From Gracilinanus agilis (lineage: Eukaryota): DNA of 64,000 nt. The stretch's first letter is position 1; each line of letters opens with the position of its first letter. The notes beneath the pieces were generated by a model. That model ran no database searches. It was not told the origin of the DNA and worked only from the letters and a program-made list of their open reading frames with translations. This document shows, one piece after another, positions 1 through 11,830 of this stretch. A program made the translations under genes and the position numbers. The DNA lies in assembly GCF_016433145.1 (NCBI RefSeq), contig NC_058130.1, positions 776,270,791 to 776,334,790 on the forward strand, in the 5' to 3' direction.

Positions 1-1812
1 CCGTGTCTGGCACATAGTAGGTGCTCAGTATGTGCTGGGTGGCTGCCTGGCTGCCTCAGCCCTCCACTGTGCCATCTGGAATGCCTATTCCATAAGTAAC
101 AGATGTGCTTCCATCTTAGACCTTTCTTTTTCTCATCCCCTCCCTGTTGATGACACTGCTTCCTGGCCAGCCTTTTTCAGTCCTGGCTGCACATTCACTG
201 CAGCTCACTGGCTGTGGTGGGACTAGGGGTATGAATACTACCTGTTCCTTGTTACCACCTGGACTCATAACTTCTCTTCCTTTGAGATTCATTTACTCCA
301 CATTTATTACCCAGTAAAGATTCTGGGGTCTTTCATCTTTGGAACTTCAGGATACTGCCTTAATCTGTGAGTTCAGAGCCTGACTTAGTCTTTCCACCCC
401 ACCTCCTTCATACTGAGGAACTTCAGAATATAAAGATAGATGCCTCTCTTCCTTCAACTACCCTCATTGCCAGCTTCTCACTCTCTTCACTTCCCACAGC
501 CTCCTCCTCCCCTCTACCTCAGCTACACAAAGATGGTCATATCTTGAGCTTGATATCACCCACTTCTATGTTCCTGTTCTCAGAGTCCTTTATCTGATTA
601 TAATCTTTTTCATTCCAACTTTCCATCTATCTTAGGACCTGATTCTGGTCTTTGGAAATCCCCCCCCCCCCCCACCTCTTTCCTAGGTGCTGGCTACTCT
701 CTCTTCTCTTCTGTCTCAACCCCTTGTTGAGCTAGTTCATCTCTGCACTATTCTCTTCCCTTGAGTCCCTTGTCTTCCTGTTCTATCCCTGACGCCATTC
801 CCCAGCCTTGGCTTATTCCCACTGTCTTCCATCTTTGCTTCTAGTCACACGTTGCTGAACAGTCATACAAAGTCATCAAACCACTTTGGCTGGGTCCATT
901 ACAAATTTGTTTCATAATCTTGGTTGTGCCCTCACTGAAGCAAGGCAGTCTTTTCACATTTCCCTAATTGATTTACTCATCCACTCACTACAGAGCCTAT
1001 TCCAAACCTTTTTCCCCTTCTCAAGCCTTCCATAGCACCACCGTTTCAGCTCACTTCAGCCTTTGCTGAAAAACTGAGTTCATTCACTAGGAGCTCCCTC
1101 TTCATCTTCCTCCTTATATCACTCGGGTATCTTCTCCCATTAGCTCTTCCCTAACCTCTGGCTCTTACTAAGAGAGAGTTCTTCTCTTTGAGACAAATCC
1201 CTCTACATACTCTTAATTCCATTCCATTGGGTCTACTCCGACAATTCTGTCATCCCTGCATTGTTGCTAATCTTCAGTCTCTGCTTGTGTCTGTTGCTGC
1301 TCTGAAGGGCTTCCCTTTTGTGGCCATACTCCATAGAAAGCTAACTATACTTGGTGCCTTCACTTCCTCCTCTTCCATTCACGTCTTTCTTAAAATTAGC
1401 TTCTCACTCAGCAAAGATCTTCCTCTTTTTCCCCTCTTCTCCCTGAGGACAAAAGAAAAAAATCCTTATTACAAACATATATGGTCAAGCAAAACCAGAT
1501 TTTTTTTCATTGACTATGTTCAAAAAAATATGTCTCATTCCACCCTCTGAGACTGGTTTCTAGTCAGTTGGTCTGGCCATACCCTTCATCCTTTTTAAAG
1601 TACAATAGTATTCCTTCACATTTACATATCCTGGCATATTCAGCCTTTTCCCCAACCATTCCCATACTTTGCCACCTCAAAAAGAGTTTTAAATATTCTT
1701 GTACATCCTTGGGGTTTGTTTTGCTTAACACTAATCTCTCCCTTAATCTACCCTATCTCCAATTCCTCTTTCTCCCTTTTCCCTTCCATTCTCTTGAGTG
1801 CAATATCTTTTT

Positions 1813-1994
1813 TTTTTTTTTAACCCTTAACTTCTGTGTATTGACTTATAGGTGGAAGATTGGTAAGGGTAGGCAATAGGGGTCAAGTGACTTGCCCAGG
1901 GTCACACAGCTGGGAAGTGTCTGAGGCCGGATTTGAACCTAGGACCTCCCGTATCTAGTCCTGACTCTCACTCCACTGAGCTACCCAGCTGCCC
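1813..1994 (-). mobile_element. Young SINE1_Mdo-type SINE with 14-bp TSD
   Basis: Full head to A-tail; TSD tgcaatatcttttt at 1799-1812 and 1995-2008. Confidence 0.92.
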
Positions 1995-2650
1995 TGCAAT
2001 ATCTTTTTGTATATATCTTTTTGTATGTGTGTGTGAATTCTTTGATCAGTTCAAATGAGAGTGAGGTTCAACTGTCAGCCACTCCCTCTATTTCCTCCTC
2101 TTTGTATAGATGTCTACTTGTATACCTGATTATGGGAGATGTTTTCCCAGCTTCCACCTCCCCTACTTCCTTCCTCTCCCTTTCTATTGTTCTTTTAGGA
2201 TCATTAAGACAGGACTCTTCCCAGGCCTTCTGTCTAATTAGACTCTCCACTTCTAACCTCTCTGCAGCCTCTGACCTCATCATTCTGCTGAAAGTGCTTT
2301 CTACAAGTTACCAACTATCTCCTAACTGCCAAATCCAGTGGCCTTCCCTCCGTTTTTAGCCTTTCTGACTTCTCTGCAGCTTTTGACGTTGTGGTTCACT
2401 CTCTTCTCCTCAGTACTCTCTCATCTCTAGATTTTCGGGATGCTGCTTTCTCCCAGTTCTCCTACCTGTTTGACCATTCCTTCTCAGTTTTCTCTCAAAT
2501 CTTTGCCCAGATCATGCCCACTCACTGTAATTGTCCCCCAAAAGGACATCTCTTTTCTCTCTCTCTCTTATGTTTCTCGATGGTCTCATAGCTCCCTTTC
2601 CTCCCCTCTAAATACTCTAGATCACTGTGCTTCTGGCCTTACTCTTTTTT

Positions 2651-2843
2651 TTTTTAAACCCTAATATCTTTTTATATATATCCTTCTGTATTAATTTTTT
2701 TTTATTTGTTATAGGGCTAGGCAATGGGGGTCAAGTGACTTGCCCAGGGTCACACAGCTGGGAAGTGTCTGAGGTTGGATTTGAACCCAGGACCTCCTGT
2801 CTCTAGGCCTGGCTCTCAATCCACTGAGCCATCCAGCTGCCCC
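2651..2843 (-). mobile_element. SINE1_Mdo-type SINE with TSD, aberrant tail
   Basis: Flanked by ctggccttactctttttt on both sides; body matches the other copies. Confidence 0.88.
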
Positions 2844-3369
2844 CTGGCCTTACTCTTTTTTGCATATGATATCTCATCACCCAAGTGTGTGGCTCTGTTC
2901 CTGGAATTTTCTCTCTGCTTCTTGGTTTTCTTTAAGATTCAGGTAAACACCATCTTCAGAAGGCCTTTCCAAGTTCCTTGTCCTCCCCCAGCCTTCCTTC
3001 TAGTTAACAGTGATTTTAAGTGTATGATTTTTTTTTTGCGTGTTATCTCCCTAGTCAGAGACTGTAATTTCCTTGAGGACAGAGACTAGGTTTTTGTCTT
3101 TCATTTATCCCCAGTGCTTAGCATAGGGCCTACCTGCCTGACGTCATGGAATTTACTGTCCCGGTGCCAGATGAAACTAGAATGTCTGGAGTATTTCAAG
3201 AAGCTGCCAGCCATGTAGCTTCCCGTGTGATTTCCAAGGGAAAGCCATTTTCATTGCATCTTTGTAACATTTATTCTATTCATTTAACGGTCATTAAGTG
3301 CGTATTATATGCCTAGCATTGTGCTAAGAACTATGCATACAAAGACCAAAAATTATGAGGCAGAAGGAA

Positions 3370-3920
3370 TGGTCCTGCTTTCCTCCTTCTTGACCCTCTC
3401 CTACCCTTAGCTTGGCTGACCTCGCTTCCCTCCCACACACTCCTTACCTGACCACTCCTCCATATCCTCCTCCCTCACTGTGGCTATCCCTCGAGCCCTT
3501 TTCTTGGACCCTCTTCTTTTTCTGGACTTTCCCTTCAGGCTTTCTCACAAAACCTTCCTCTAGGTAATTTCTTCTTAACTCCCTCTGCTCTCTTCTAGCT
3601 TCAGTCTATGTTGCTGTTAGAATGGAACCTTCCTGGCAACTAGGTTGCACAGTGGATAGAACACCAGGCTTGGAGACAGGAGGTTCTGGGTTCCAATTTG
3701 ACCTCAGATACTTCTAGCTGTGTGAGCCTAAGCAAGTCACTTAACCCTGATTGCTTAGCCCTCATTGCTATTCTTAGGATTGATGCTAAAATAGAAGGTA
3801 AGGGTTTAAAAGAAGAAAAATTTCTTCTTTCTGCTCGAATTTGCATTTCCAGTGCTTAGCCCAGTGCCTGGCATATAGTAAGCATTTAATAAAGAATGCT
3901 TATTGACTTGACTTGACTTG
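3370..3920 (+). mobile_element. L2 fragment with SINE inserted at 3635..3820
   Basis: L2 tail ccagtgcctggcatatagtaagcatttaataaa plus (TTGAC)n; inner SINE ggcaactaggttgcacagtgg...aagggtttaaaag. Confidence 0.7.
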
Positions 3921-3959
3921 ATGTTGGTGACTTCATCCGCTTCAGTAAGTTTAATATCA

Positions 3960-6900
3960 TCTCTATACAAATAAGTTCCAGATCTACCTAGCCAGACTCA
4001 ATCTCTCCCCGCTGAGTTCCAAAAGCTCTACATTCTCAATTGCCCGTTTATTATTTCAGACTAGATACTCCAGAGACACCTCAAAACCAACAAATCTGAA
4101 CTAGCCTATTTCTGTCAAAGGTAGCAACATCCTTACTAGGCCCCTCAGGATCCCAGCCTTGTTCTTCATCCTCTCTCTTCTAAGAGGGGCCAGAACCTGC
4201 TTTTTCTGCTGTTTCTATCCCGTCTCTCCCATCTCTCCCCTTCTCGCTAGTCACACAGCAATACCTTCATTCAGACCCTCCTCACTTCTCACCTGGATTA
4301 TTCCAATAGACGCCTCACACAATTGCCAAAATAGTTGTTTTTAAAGTGCAGATCTTACAGGTTCCTCTCCTATTTGTTCACAGTCAGGGATTCCCTTTGC
4401 CGCTAGACTAAACTCCCCTCATAGTCTACCCCCTTATCTTCCCAGCCTCCTTTTGCTTCCTGCACTCTGCCGGTCTTGATAGGATCTTCTGCTCTTCACA
4501 TGTAACACTCCAACTTCTGTTGCTCAGAATACACTCCCATCTCACCTCTCCTCAATTTATTCTCTTCCTTTTCTGAGGGCAGCGCATGCACCATCTTCTA
4601 CATGAAGCCATTGATCATCCCTCACCCTCATCCTACCTTGTATTTTCTTCTCTTTCTGTCTGTTCCACTTAGAGCTGACCTTGCTACCCCTACATAAGAT
4701 AAGCTCTTTAAGATTGGAGATTGGCTGTTCTTTGTAGCCCCAAGGCCAGGCACCCCTCATGAATGCCTGAGTGATTAGTTGAGGGCTCCCAAGTTGCTTA
4801 CTTTACATTGGGGAGGGAAACAACATGTTTGCAGAAAATTAAATACTAAATATATAGGAAATAATTTCTGATAGGAAAGAACCAGTACCTGGGGAGATCA
4901 GGATTGGTTTTTAATAGGTGCTGGCCCTTTAGTTGAATTGTAAAAGGAGCTAAGGATGCTAAGAGACAGATATGAGGAAGATAAGGATGCTCCAAGCCTT
5001 GGGGTAGCTGTTGTTGAGGCCCAGAGAAAGGCTTCGAGTGGAATGGCAAAGACGCTCCTGGTACTGGAATAGTGTCTGAAGAGAGGAACATGTGGCACAC
5101 TTGCAAAGGTAACAAGGGGCCAGATTGTACAGCTCGTGTTAAATGCCAGACCAGAAGAGTTTCCGTTCTAGCCTAAAGGCATTTGGGAGCCGGTGGAGCT
5201 CCTTGAGGGAAGGGACATAGTGGGACCTGTGCTTGAGGAATATCAGTTTGACAGCTGTGTGGAAGCTAGATTAGAGACAGGAGGGACTGGATGCTAGTTA
5301 GGAGGCTGTTTCAGAAAGGAGTGGATTGAAGAGGGCAGATTCAGAATTTCGTGAAGACTTAACACTTGATTAGAGTCTGAAGGAGAGGAAAGAGTTGCTG
5401 GTGACACTGAAGTTGAGAGCCTGTGTAACTGGACAGATGGTAGTGCCCTCAACAGAAATAAGGAAGTTATTAGCAAGAGGGGAGAGTTTTGGGGGGAAAT
5501 AGTGAATTTTGTTTTCTGTGCCCTGATTTTGAGATGCCAAGTGACCGTTCTTTTGGAGGTGTCCAGCTGGCACCTTAGACTCTTCATTTCCCATCAGCTG
5601 CTCTGTTCCATTTTGACTTCACTGCCCTCATGCTCCCACCCCTTTCTATAAAGTTCAACACATGGAAACCCATCATCAGGAAATTGCGTGCACTTTGGTC
5701 CTCACACCTCATCAGGATCATCAGTTGTCTCTGTCTTTCAGAAGACTGGAGAATAGGAAAAAAACCCAAACCCAACTCTTCCCAAAGCCTCTATTTAAAG
5801 AAGGCTTATTAGCACTGCCAGCTCCTCATTTTCTACCAGCTGCACTGCTTGGTTTTGACTTCACCAGGACCTTCTCTCCCTCCCCCCTTCCCTTTTTAGC
5901 TTCCTTTTGGATGCCTTCTTCCCCATTAAACTGTAAGTTCCTTGAGAGTAAGAACCATCTTTTCTTTTTCTTATTTGTATCCCTAGGGCTTTAGCACAGT
6001 GCTTGGAACACTGTAGGTACTTAATTGATGTTTATTTTGTCATATTGTTTGTCCAAAAAGCAGTTGGGGATGTGGGGCCAGAGTTCACAGGAGAGAGCGA
6101 GACTAAATATTTAGAAAGCCTTCTCTATAGATGATGATTGGATGCATGGAAATTGATGACATCATTGAGAGAAAATATGAAGAAAGAAAAATAGGGCATG
6201 CTCAGGCACATGAGGGGAGCAGGTGAGAATGCTAGAGCAAAGGCAACTGAGGAGGGGCCAGACTGGTAGGAAGAAAACCAGGATCCTAAAAACCCAGGAA
6301 GGAAAATTGTATGTAAGTGGAAGGTGGGAAGGGGCACAGTCTGCACAGTTCATACTGCATGGAGAGAGCGTTTCATTTGAGTGGTGTTGTCTGAAGCCAG
6401 ATTGCAAAGAGAAATGAGTAGGAGGTAACCAGCAAGGAGATTAACCAGATTTTTCTCAGAGTTTGGCTATGAAAGGGAGGAGAGCTGTAGAATGATAGCT
6501 TGAGGGGTAATATCAAATTACTTTGGGCAACTAGGTGGCCCAGTGGATAGAGAGGATAGCTGGGCCCGAAGTCAGGAGGACTCATCTTCAAGAGATCAGC
6601 CACTTCTAGTTTTGTGACTCTGGGCAAGTCCCTTCACCCTGTTTGCCTCAGTTTCCTCATCTCTCAGATGAGCTAGAAAAGGAAATGGCAAACCACTCCA
6701 AACCACTTGGTATGCAGCCATGAAGGTCTGTATTTGACCTCCTCTACTGTGTGTAGCTGCACTTGGGAAGGAGAGGAATTGGTGGCTGGCAGGGGTGATC
6801 CAGGTGGTCAGCCAGTCAGTAACAAGGGGATAGGGGACAAGAGATTGATTCAGAGGCTCAGGGTAGTGGGAAGTTGAGCACCTTTTTGTAGCCTTGTTCT

Positions 6901-7420
6901 CTCCCCATACCAGGCCATCTTTGACACAGCTGTCAAAGTGGTCCCTGGCCTGATCACCACATTGCCCACTCAGGAGTATTCATTTGTTCTCTATTGCCTA
7001 GAGGTCTTTTAAGTCTAGTATCTAAGGCCTCCACCAAACTTCCAAGCCTTGTTTCATATTAGTGCATTCTACTATTTGCCATCTCTTGTCTGTCTTCATG
7101 AAGGGCACGAGCTGGCCCCATTCGGGGGATGCACACCCTCCTCATTTCTCCTCTTCAGAGTCCTCTTTTTTCAGATCCTTCTTGGTCTGAGAAACTTTCC
7201 CTAAGCTGCCCAGGTAGAAGGGTTATTTTATACTTTGGATTCCTCCTTTGGTCCCGTCCCTCCCAGCTTTGTGGTGTCATACTTGAGCTTTGTGCATGTT
7301 CTGTTTCCTAATGTGCTCCCTGTCCCCTTTCCTGCTAGAAGGTCAACTTCTTCAGGGGGAACAAAGTCATTGGCTTTATCTCCCTTCTCTGCAGCTTTGA
7401 GGCTAGAGAGTTGTCTTGAG
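3960..7420. mobile_element. Patchwork of L2 fragments on both strands with a Mar1/MIR SINE at 6525..6700 (+)
   Basis: Alternating pyrimidine-rich (+) and purine-rich (-) L2-like segments; L2 tail at ~5930-6030; MIR core cctcagtttcctcatct with Mar1-type tail gaaatggcaaaccactcca. Confidence 0.6.
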
Positions 7421-7839
7421 CCTTGAGATGGGAAATGACTTACCTAGGCTCACATAGCCAGGATGTGCCCAAGGTCCAGTTGAATCCAGTTCTTTTTGGC
7501 TCTTTGAAGCTTCCTCTTTACTTGTCCACAGTAAACACTTTATAACTATTTCTCAAACTGAAGCTTTTTACCCATTGGCTTTGTGAAGGTACCCCATATG
7601 CAGTGCTTTTGAGGTTCTGGTTCATTTTTCATGTTTTTTCTGTCTTCTCCCTTGCTATTAGTTGGCATCTCTTACTGTATTTAGTGTGACTACTTTTAAC
7701 ACTTACTCCATACCCCTCTTCTCTCTTCAGAATGCTTTCAGCTTAGAACTGTATGTAAAAAGTTAGTAATCTCTGAATCTCTCCCTCTCCCTCACTCTCG
7801 TGCTTTCTCTCTCCCTTTCCTCAACCCCTCTCAGACCAG

Positions 7840-8310
7840 GTACTTTTATCTAGCTATAATAAGGGGAAGAATTCTTGACCAAACAAGGGATGCAGGCTAT
7901 CCTTATAAAAGATAAAATAGATTATTTCAAATATATGAAATTGAAATTCGAGAAACTTTTACATGAAAAAATCAATATAACTAGCATTATAAAGGAAGTA
8001 GTCACTTGGGGGAAAATTTTTTTGCATCAAATGTCTCTGAGAAGAATTTAATATCCAAGTGACGTAAATATATTTGACCAAAAGGATTAGAGGATATGAA
8101 CGCTTCCCAAAGAATAATTGTAAACTGTTAATAGCCAAAGGAAATATTATTCTCAATCCTTAAGAAGAAATGCAAATTGAAGCTACCCTGAAGTTTTAGA
8201 TCACAGATAAATTGACAAAGCTGACAAAAGATGGGAGTCATCTGTATTGGGAGGATTGGTGGAAGGACAGGCACATTGATACACTATTGATGGACCAAGA
8301 GATGGCTTCA
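7840..8310 (+). mobile_element. L1 ORF2 3' fragment (older)
   Basis: A-rich L1 ORF2 C-terminal-like sequence. Confidence 0.7.
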
Positions 8311-8478
8311 GGGGACAGTTAGGTGAGTCAGTGGATGGAGAGCCAGGCCTAGAGATGGGAGCTCCTAGGTTCAAATCTGGCCTCAGACATTTCCCAGCTG
8401 TATGACTCTGGGGCAAGTCACTTGACCCCCATTGCCTAGCCCTTACCTCTCTTCTGCCTTGTAACCAATACACAGTAT
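8311..8478 (+). mobile_element. SINE1_Mdo-type SINE, cut by gap
   Basis: ggggacagttaggtgagtcagtgg...ccaatacacagtat then N. Confidence 0.88.
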
Positions 8479-8651
8479 NNNNNNNNNNNNNNNNNNNNNN
8501 NNNNNNNNNNNNNNNNNNNNNNNNNNNNNNNNNNNNNNNNNNNNNNNNNNNNNNNNNNNNNNNNNNNNNNNNNNNNNNNNNNNNNNNNNNNNNNNNNNNN
8601 NNNNNNNNNNNNNNNNNNNNNNNNNNNNNNNNNNNNNNNNNNNNNNNNNNN
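8479..8651. other. Assembly gap (173 N)
   Basis: Run of n. Confidence 1.
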
Positions 8652-8699
8652 TAAGTAATTTGGAATTAGGCTAAGAAAATAATTAAAATGTCCGTCTCC

Positions 8700-9768
8700 T
8701 CTGACCCAGAAGGAGGGAGGGAAGAAATAAACATTAAAAAACCTTTGACAAAGGTCTAATTTCTCATATTTATAAGGAGCTAAGTCAATTGTATAAGAAA
8801 TCAATCCATTCCCTTCTTGACAAATGGTCAAGGGACAGGAATAGGCAGTTTTCAGATGATGAAATAAAAACTATCAATAATCACATGGAAAAGTGTTCTA
8901 AATCCCTCCTGATTAGAAAACTGTAAATCAAAACAGCCCTGAGGTACCACCTCACACCTATCAGATTGGTCAGTATGAGAGTAAAGGAAAATGATAAATA
9001 TTGAAGGGGATGTGGCAAAATTGGGACACCAATACATTACTGGTGGAGTTGTGAATTGATCCAACCATTCTGGAAGGCAATTTGGAATTATGTGCAAAGG
9101 GTTTTAAAAGAATGCATACCCTTTGATCCAGCCATACCACTGCTGGGTTTATACCCCAAAGACATAATAAGGAAAAATATTTGTACAAAAATATTCATAG
9201 CTGCACTCTTTGTGGTGGCAAAAAATTGGAAAATGAGGGGGTGTCCCTCGATTGGGGAATGGCTGAACAAATTGTGGCATCTGATGGTGATGGAATATTA
9301 TTGTGCTGAAAGAAATGATGAACTGGAGGAATTCCACGTGAACTGGAAAGACCTCCAGGAATTGATGCAGAGTGAAAGGAGCAGAACCAGGAGAACATTG
9401 TACACAGAGACTGATACACTGGTAAAATCGAATGTAATGGACTTTACTATTGGTAGGTAGTAATGCAACGATCCAAGACATTTCCAAGGGACTTATGAGA
9501 AAAAACATTATCCACATTGAGAGAAAGAATTATGGGAGTAAAAATACAAAAGAAAAACATATGGCATCACTTATTACTTGTATATATGGGTTTATGATTT
9601 GGAGTTTTGGCTTTATTACAAAAATGAATAATATGGAAATAGGTACCAAGTGATTTGTACAACCCAGTGGAATTGCTTATTGGCTCTGGGAGGGGGAGGG
9701 AAGAGAGGAGAGAAAGAAAATGAATCATGTAAAAAGCTTCTTAAAATAAGTAAATTAAAAAAAAAAAG
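8700..9768 (+). mobile_element. L1 3' end (ORF2 C-terminus, 3'UTR, A tail)
   Basis: ORF 9056..9460 IQPFWKAIW...IPFDPAIPLLGLYPK...FIAALFVVAKNWK...CPSIGEWLNKLW is L1 ORF2; ends in poly(A). Confidence 0.93.
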
Positions 9769-9774
9769 AAATAG

Positions 9775-10025
9775 ACATTCAATGTAGCACCTACTATGTG
9801 CTAGGCACTGTGCTATGTGCTTTGCAGATATCTTGTTTAATCCTCATAACAGCCCAGTGAAGTAGGGGATGTTTTTATCCTTACTTTACATTGAGGAAAC
9901 TAAGGCAAACAAAGGTTAAATAACTTGAGCAGAGTCACAGAGCTAGGAGTATCTGACACCAGATTTGAACTCGCCTTCCTGACTCCAGACCCAGCACTCT
10001 CTCCACTGCACCACCTAGCTGCCTA
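9775..10025 (-). mobile_element. MIR-type SINE
   Basis: Core attgaggaaactaaggca; head ccactgcaccacctagctgcc. Confidence 0.8.
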
Positions 10026-10824
10026 GAGATATAATATACCCTAGAACAGTTGGTGGTGTTTTGTTCTAAAAACTGTTCAACAGAATATTTAGAACATTAC
10101 TTCTTTGTAGTTACAGAACTAGAATCAAAGTAGATGCTTATTCATTGGAGAATGACTGAATGGTGTGTGAACAGGGTGAATTATTATTATACTAGAAGAA
10201 ATTATGAATTCAGAGAAGCCTGGGAGACATAACTGATACAAAGTGAGCTAAGCAGAATCCAGTAAAGGATGCACAATGGTTCCAACAATGAAAATGGAAA
10301 AAAAGAATGACAGATCAAAATTGAAGACTGTGAAATGAAAATCTCTCATTTATCCTATAAATGGCTTCTTTGTACAGTTGTTTGATGTATGTCGTCTCCC
10401 CCATCAGACCTGGACAGTAGCTCTCTTCCACCTTTCATCGTATCCCCAGGGCTTTAGCCCAGTGCCTGGCATGCAGTAGATGCTTAATAAATGTTGATAG
10501 AATGATTGCAGCAAGCTTGGCTTCAAAGAAGAGAGATGAAAGTTGGCAGCTTCATTGTGCACTGCAGCCTTGGGGGACTATGGTATACACAGTAACATCT
10601 GCTTAATTTTCTGAATTGCTTTTTTTCCCCCTTTGGGATTTTTTTTAAAGGTTAGGTTTTTTGGAGGGTATGGAGAAGTAAATGTAACGTCAAAGGATCA
10701 GTAAAAAGTTTTAAAAGGAAGGAAAAAGAGAATGAGTTTATGCTGCTCATGTTATTCTACTCAAGAAGACACTAAGGTTTCATATTTGGAATTTAGGCCT
10801 CTCCAGTCTGATATTTACTTTTTT

Positions 10825-11175
10825 TATTTTTTTAACCCTTACCTTCCATCTTGGAGTCAGTACTGTGTATTGGCTCCAAGGCAGAAGAGTAGTAAGGGCT
10901 AGGCAATGGGGGTCAAGTGACTTGCCCAGGGTCACACAGCTGGGAAGTAATCTGGGGTGAGATTTGAACCCAAGACCTCCTGTCTCTAGGCCTGACTCTC
11001 AATCCACTGAGCCACCCAGCTGCCCCCACCTTCTGTCTTAGAATCAATACTAAGTATCAGTTCCAAGGCAGGAGAGTGGTAAGGACTAAGTGACTTGCCC
11101 AGGGCAGATTTGAACCCAGGACCTCCTGTCTTTCGTTTTGGCTCTCTATCCACTGAGACACTTAATTGCTCCCTG
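10825..11175 (-). mobile_element. Two tandem SINE1_Mdo-type SINEs (younger 10825..11027 abutting an older copy)
   Basis: Two successive tail-body-head units. Confidence 0.85.
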
Positions 11176-11699
11176 ATATTTACTTTTCCTGGACTTCACA
11201 CTTTCTTCATTTTGATGAACATATTAATGGGTCAACAAATTATTTTTTCTACTTATATTCACAGCTTAGTAGATGATATAGGCTTTATAAAGAATAAAAT
11301 TTTTTCAAATTGAAAAAAATGAGAAGAAAAAAACTTATTTTGGTAAAAAGAAACATATAATTTGAAGGAAATAGTTCTTAAAAGAGCATCGTTTGCCTCT
11401 GCCTTGGTCTTTTAACATAGTTCAGAAGTATTTTTTATACTCCCTGTGGTCATCGTCCTTTTGGTTGGGCCATGTGGTCACACAAGATGAGATGCAGAAA
11501 GATTTCAGCAGCCCTCAGGACAGGGACCCTTCTCTTCAGGCAAAGCCATTTATTTCCCCTCTCACTGAACCTGTTTACAGCTTCCACCCGATTGCTCCTG
11601 GTCCTGCCTCTTGGACTAGGCAGAAAAATAGCCCTTCCTCCCCAAATGATGGCCGCTCACATATCTGAAGGCATCTATTATGTCCCACCTGAGTCTTCT

Positions 11700-11830
11700 C
11701 TTCCCCAGGGCAGGTAGTCCCAGTTTCTTCCATTGATCTTCCTATGTCATGGACTCAAGAGCCTTGATCATCCTGGTTGCCCTCCTCTGGACACTTTCTA
11801 GCTTATTAATGTTCTTAAACTCTGGCGCCC
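11700..11830 (-). mobile_element. L3/CR1 fragment
   Basis: atcatcctggttgccctcctctggacactttctagcttatt is the reverse complement of the CR1 RT 3' region. Confidence 0.7.

Larger units (their letters stand above)
230..3130 (+). mobile_element. L2 LINE fossil (EN, RT and 3' end), split by two SINEs
   Basis: EN-like HKDGHILSLI (~525-560), RT-like VHSLLLSTLSSLDFRDAAFSQFSYLFDHSFSV (2391-2490), L2 tail ccccagtgcttagcatagggcct (~3110-3130). Confidence 0.8.

Noticed and set aside
8436-8831. 131-aa ORF across the first gap
   Set aside because: N-inflated, SINE and L1 sequence.
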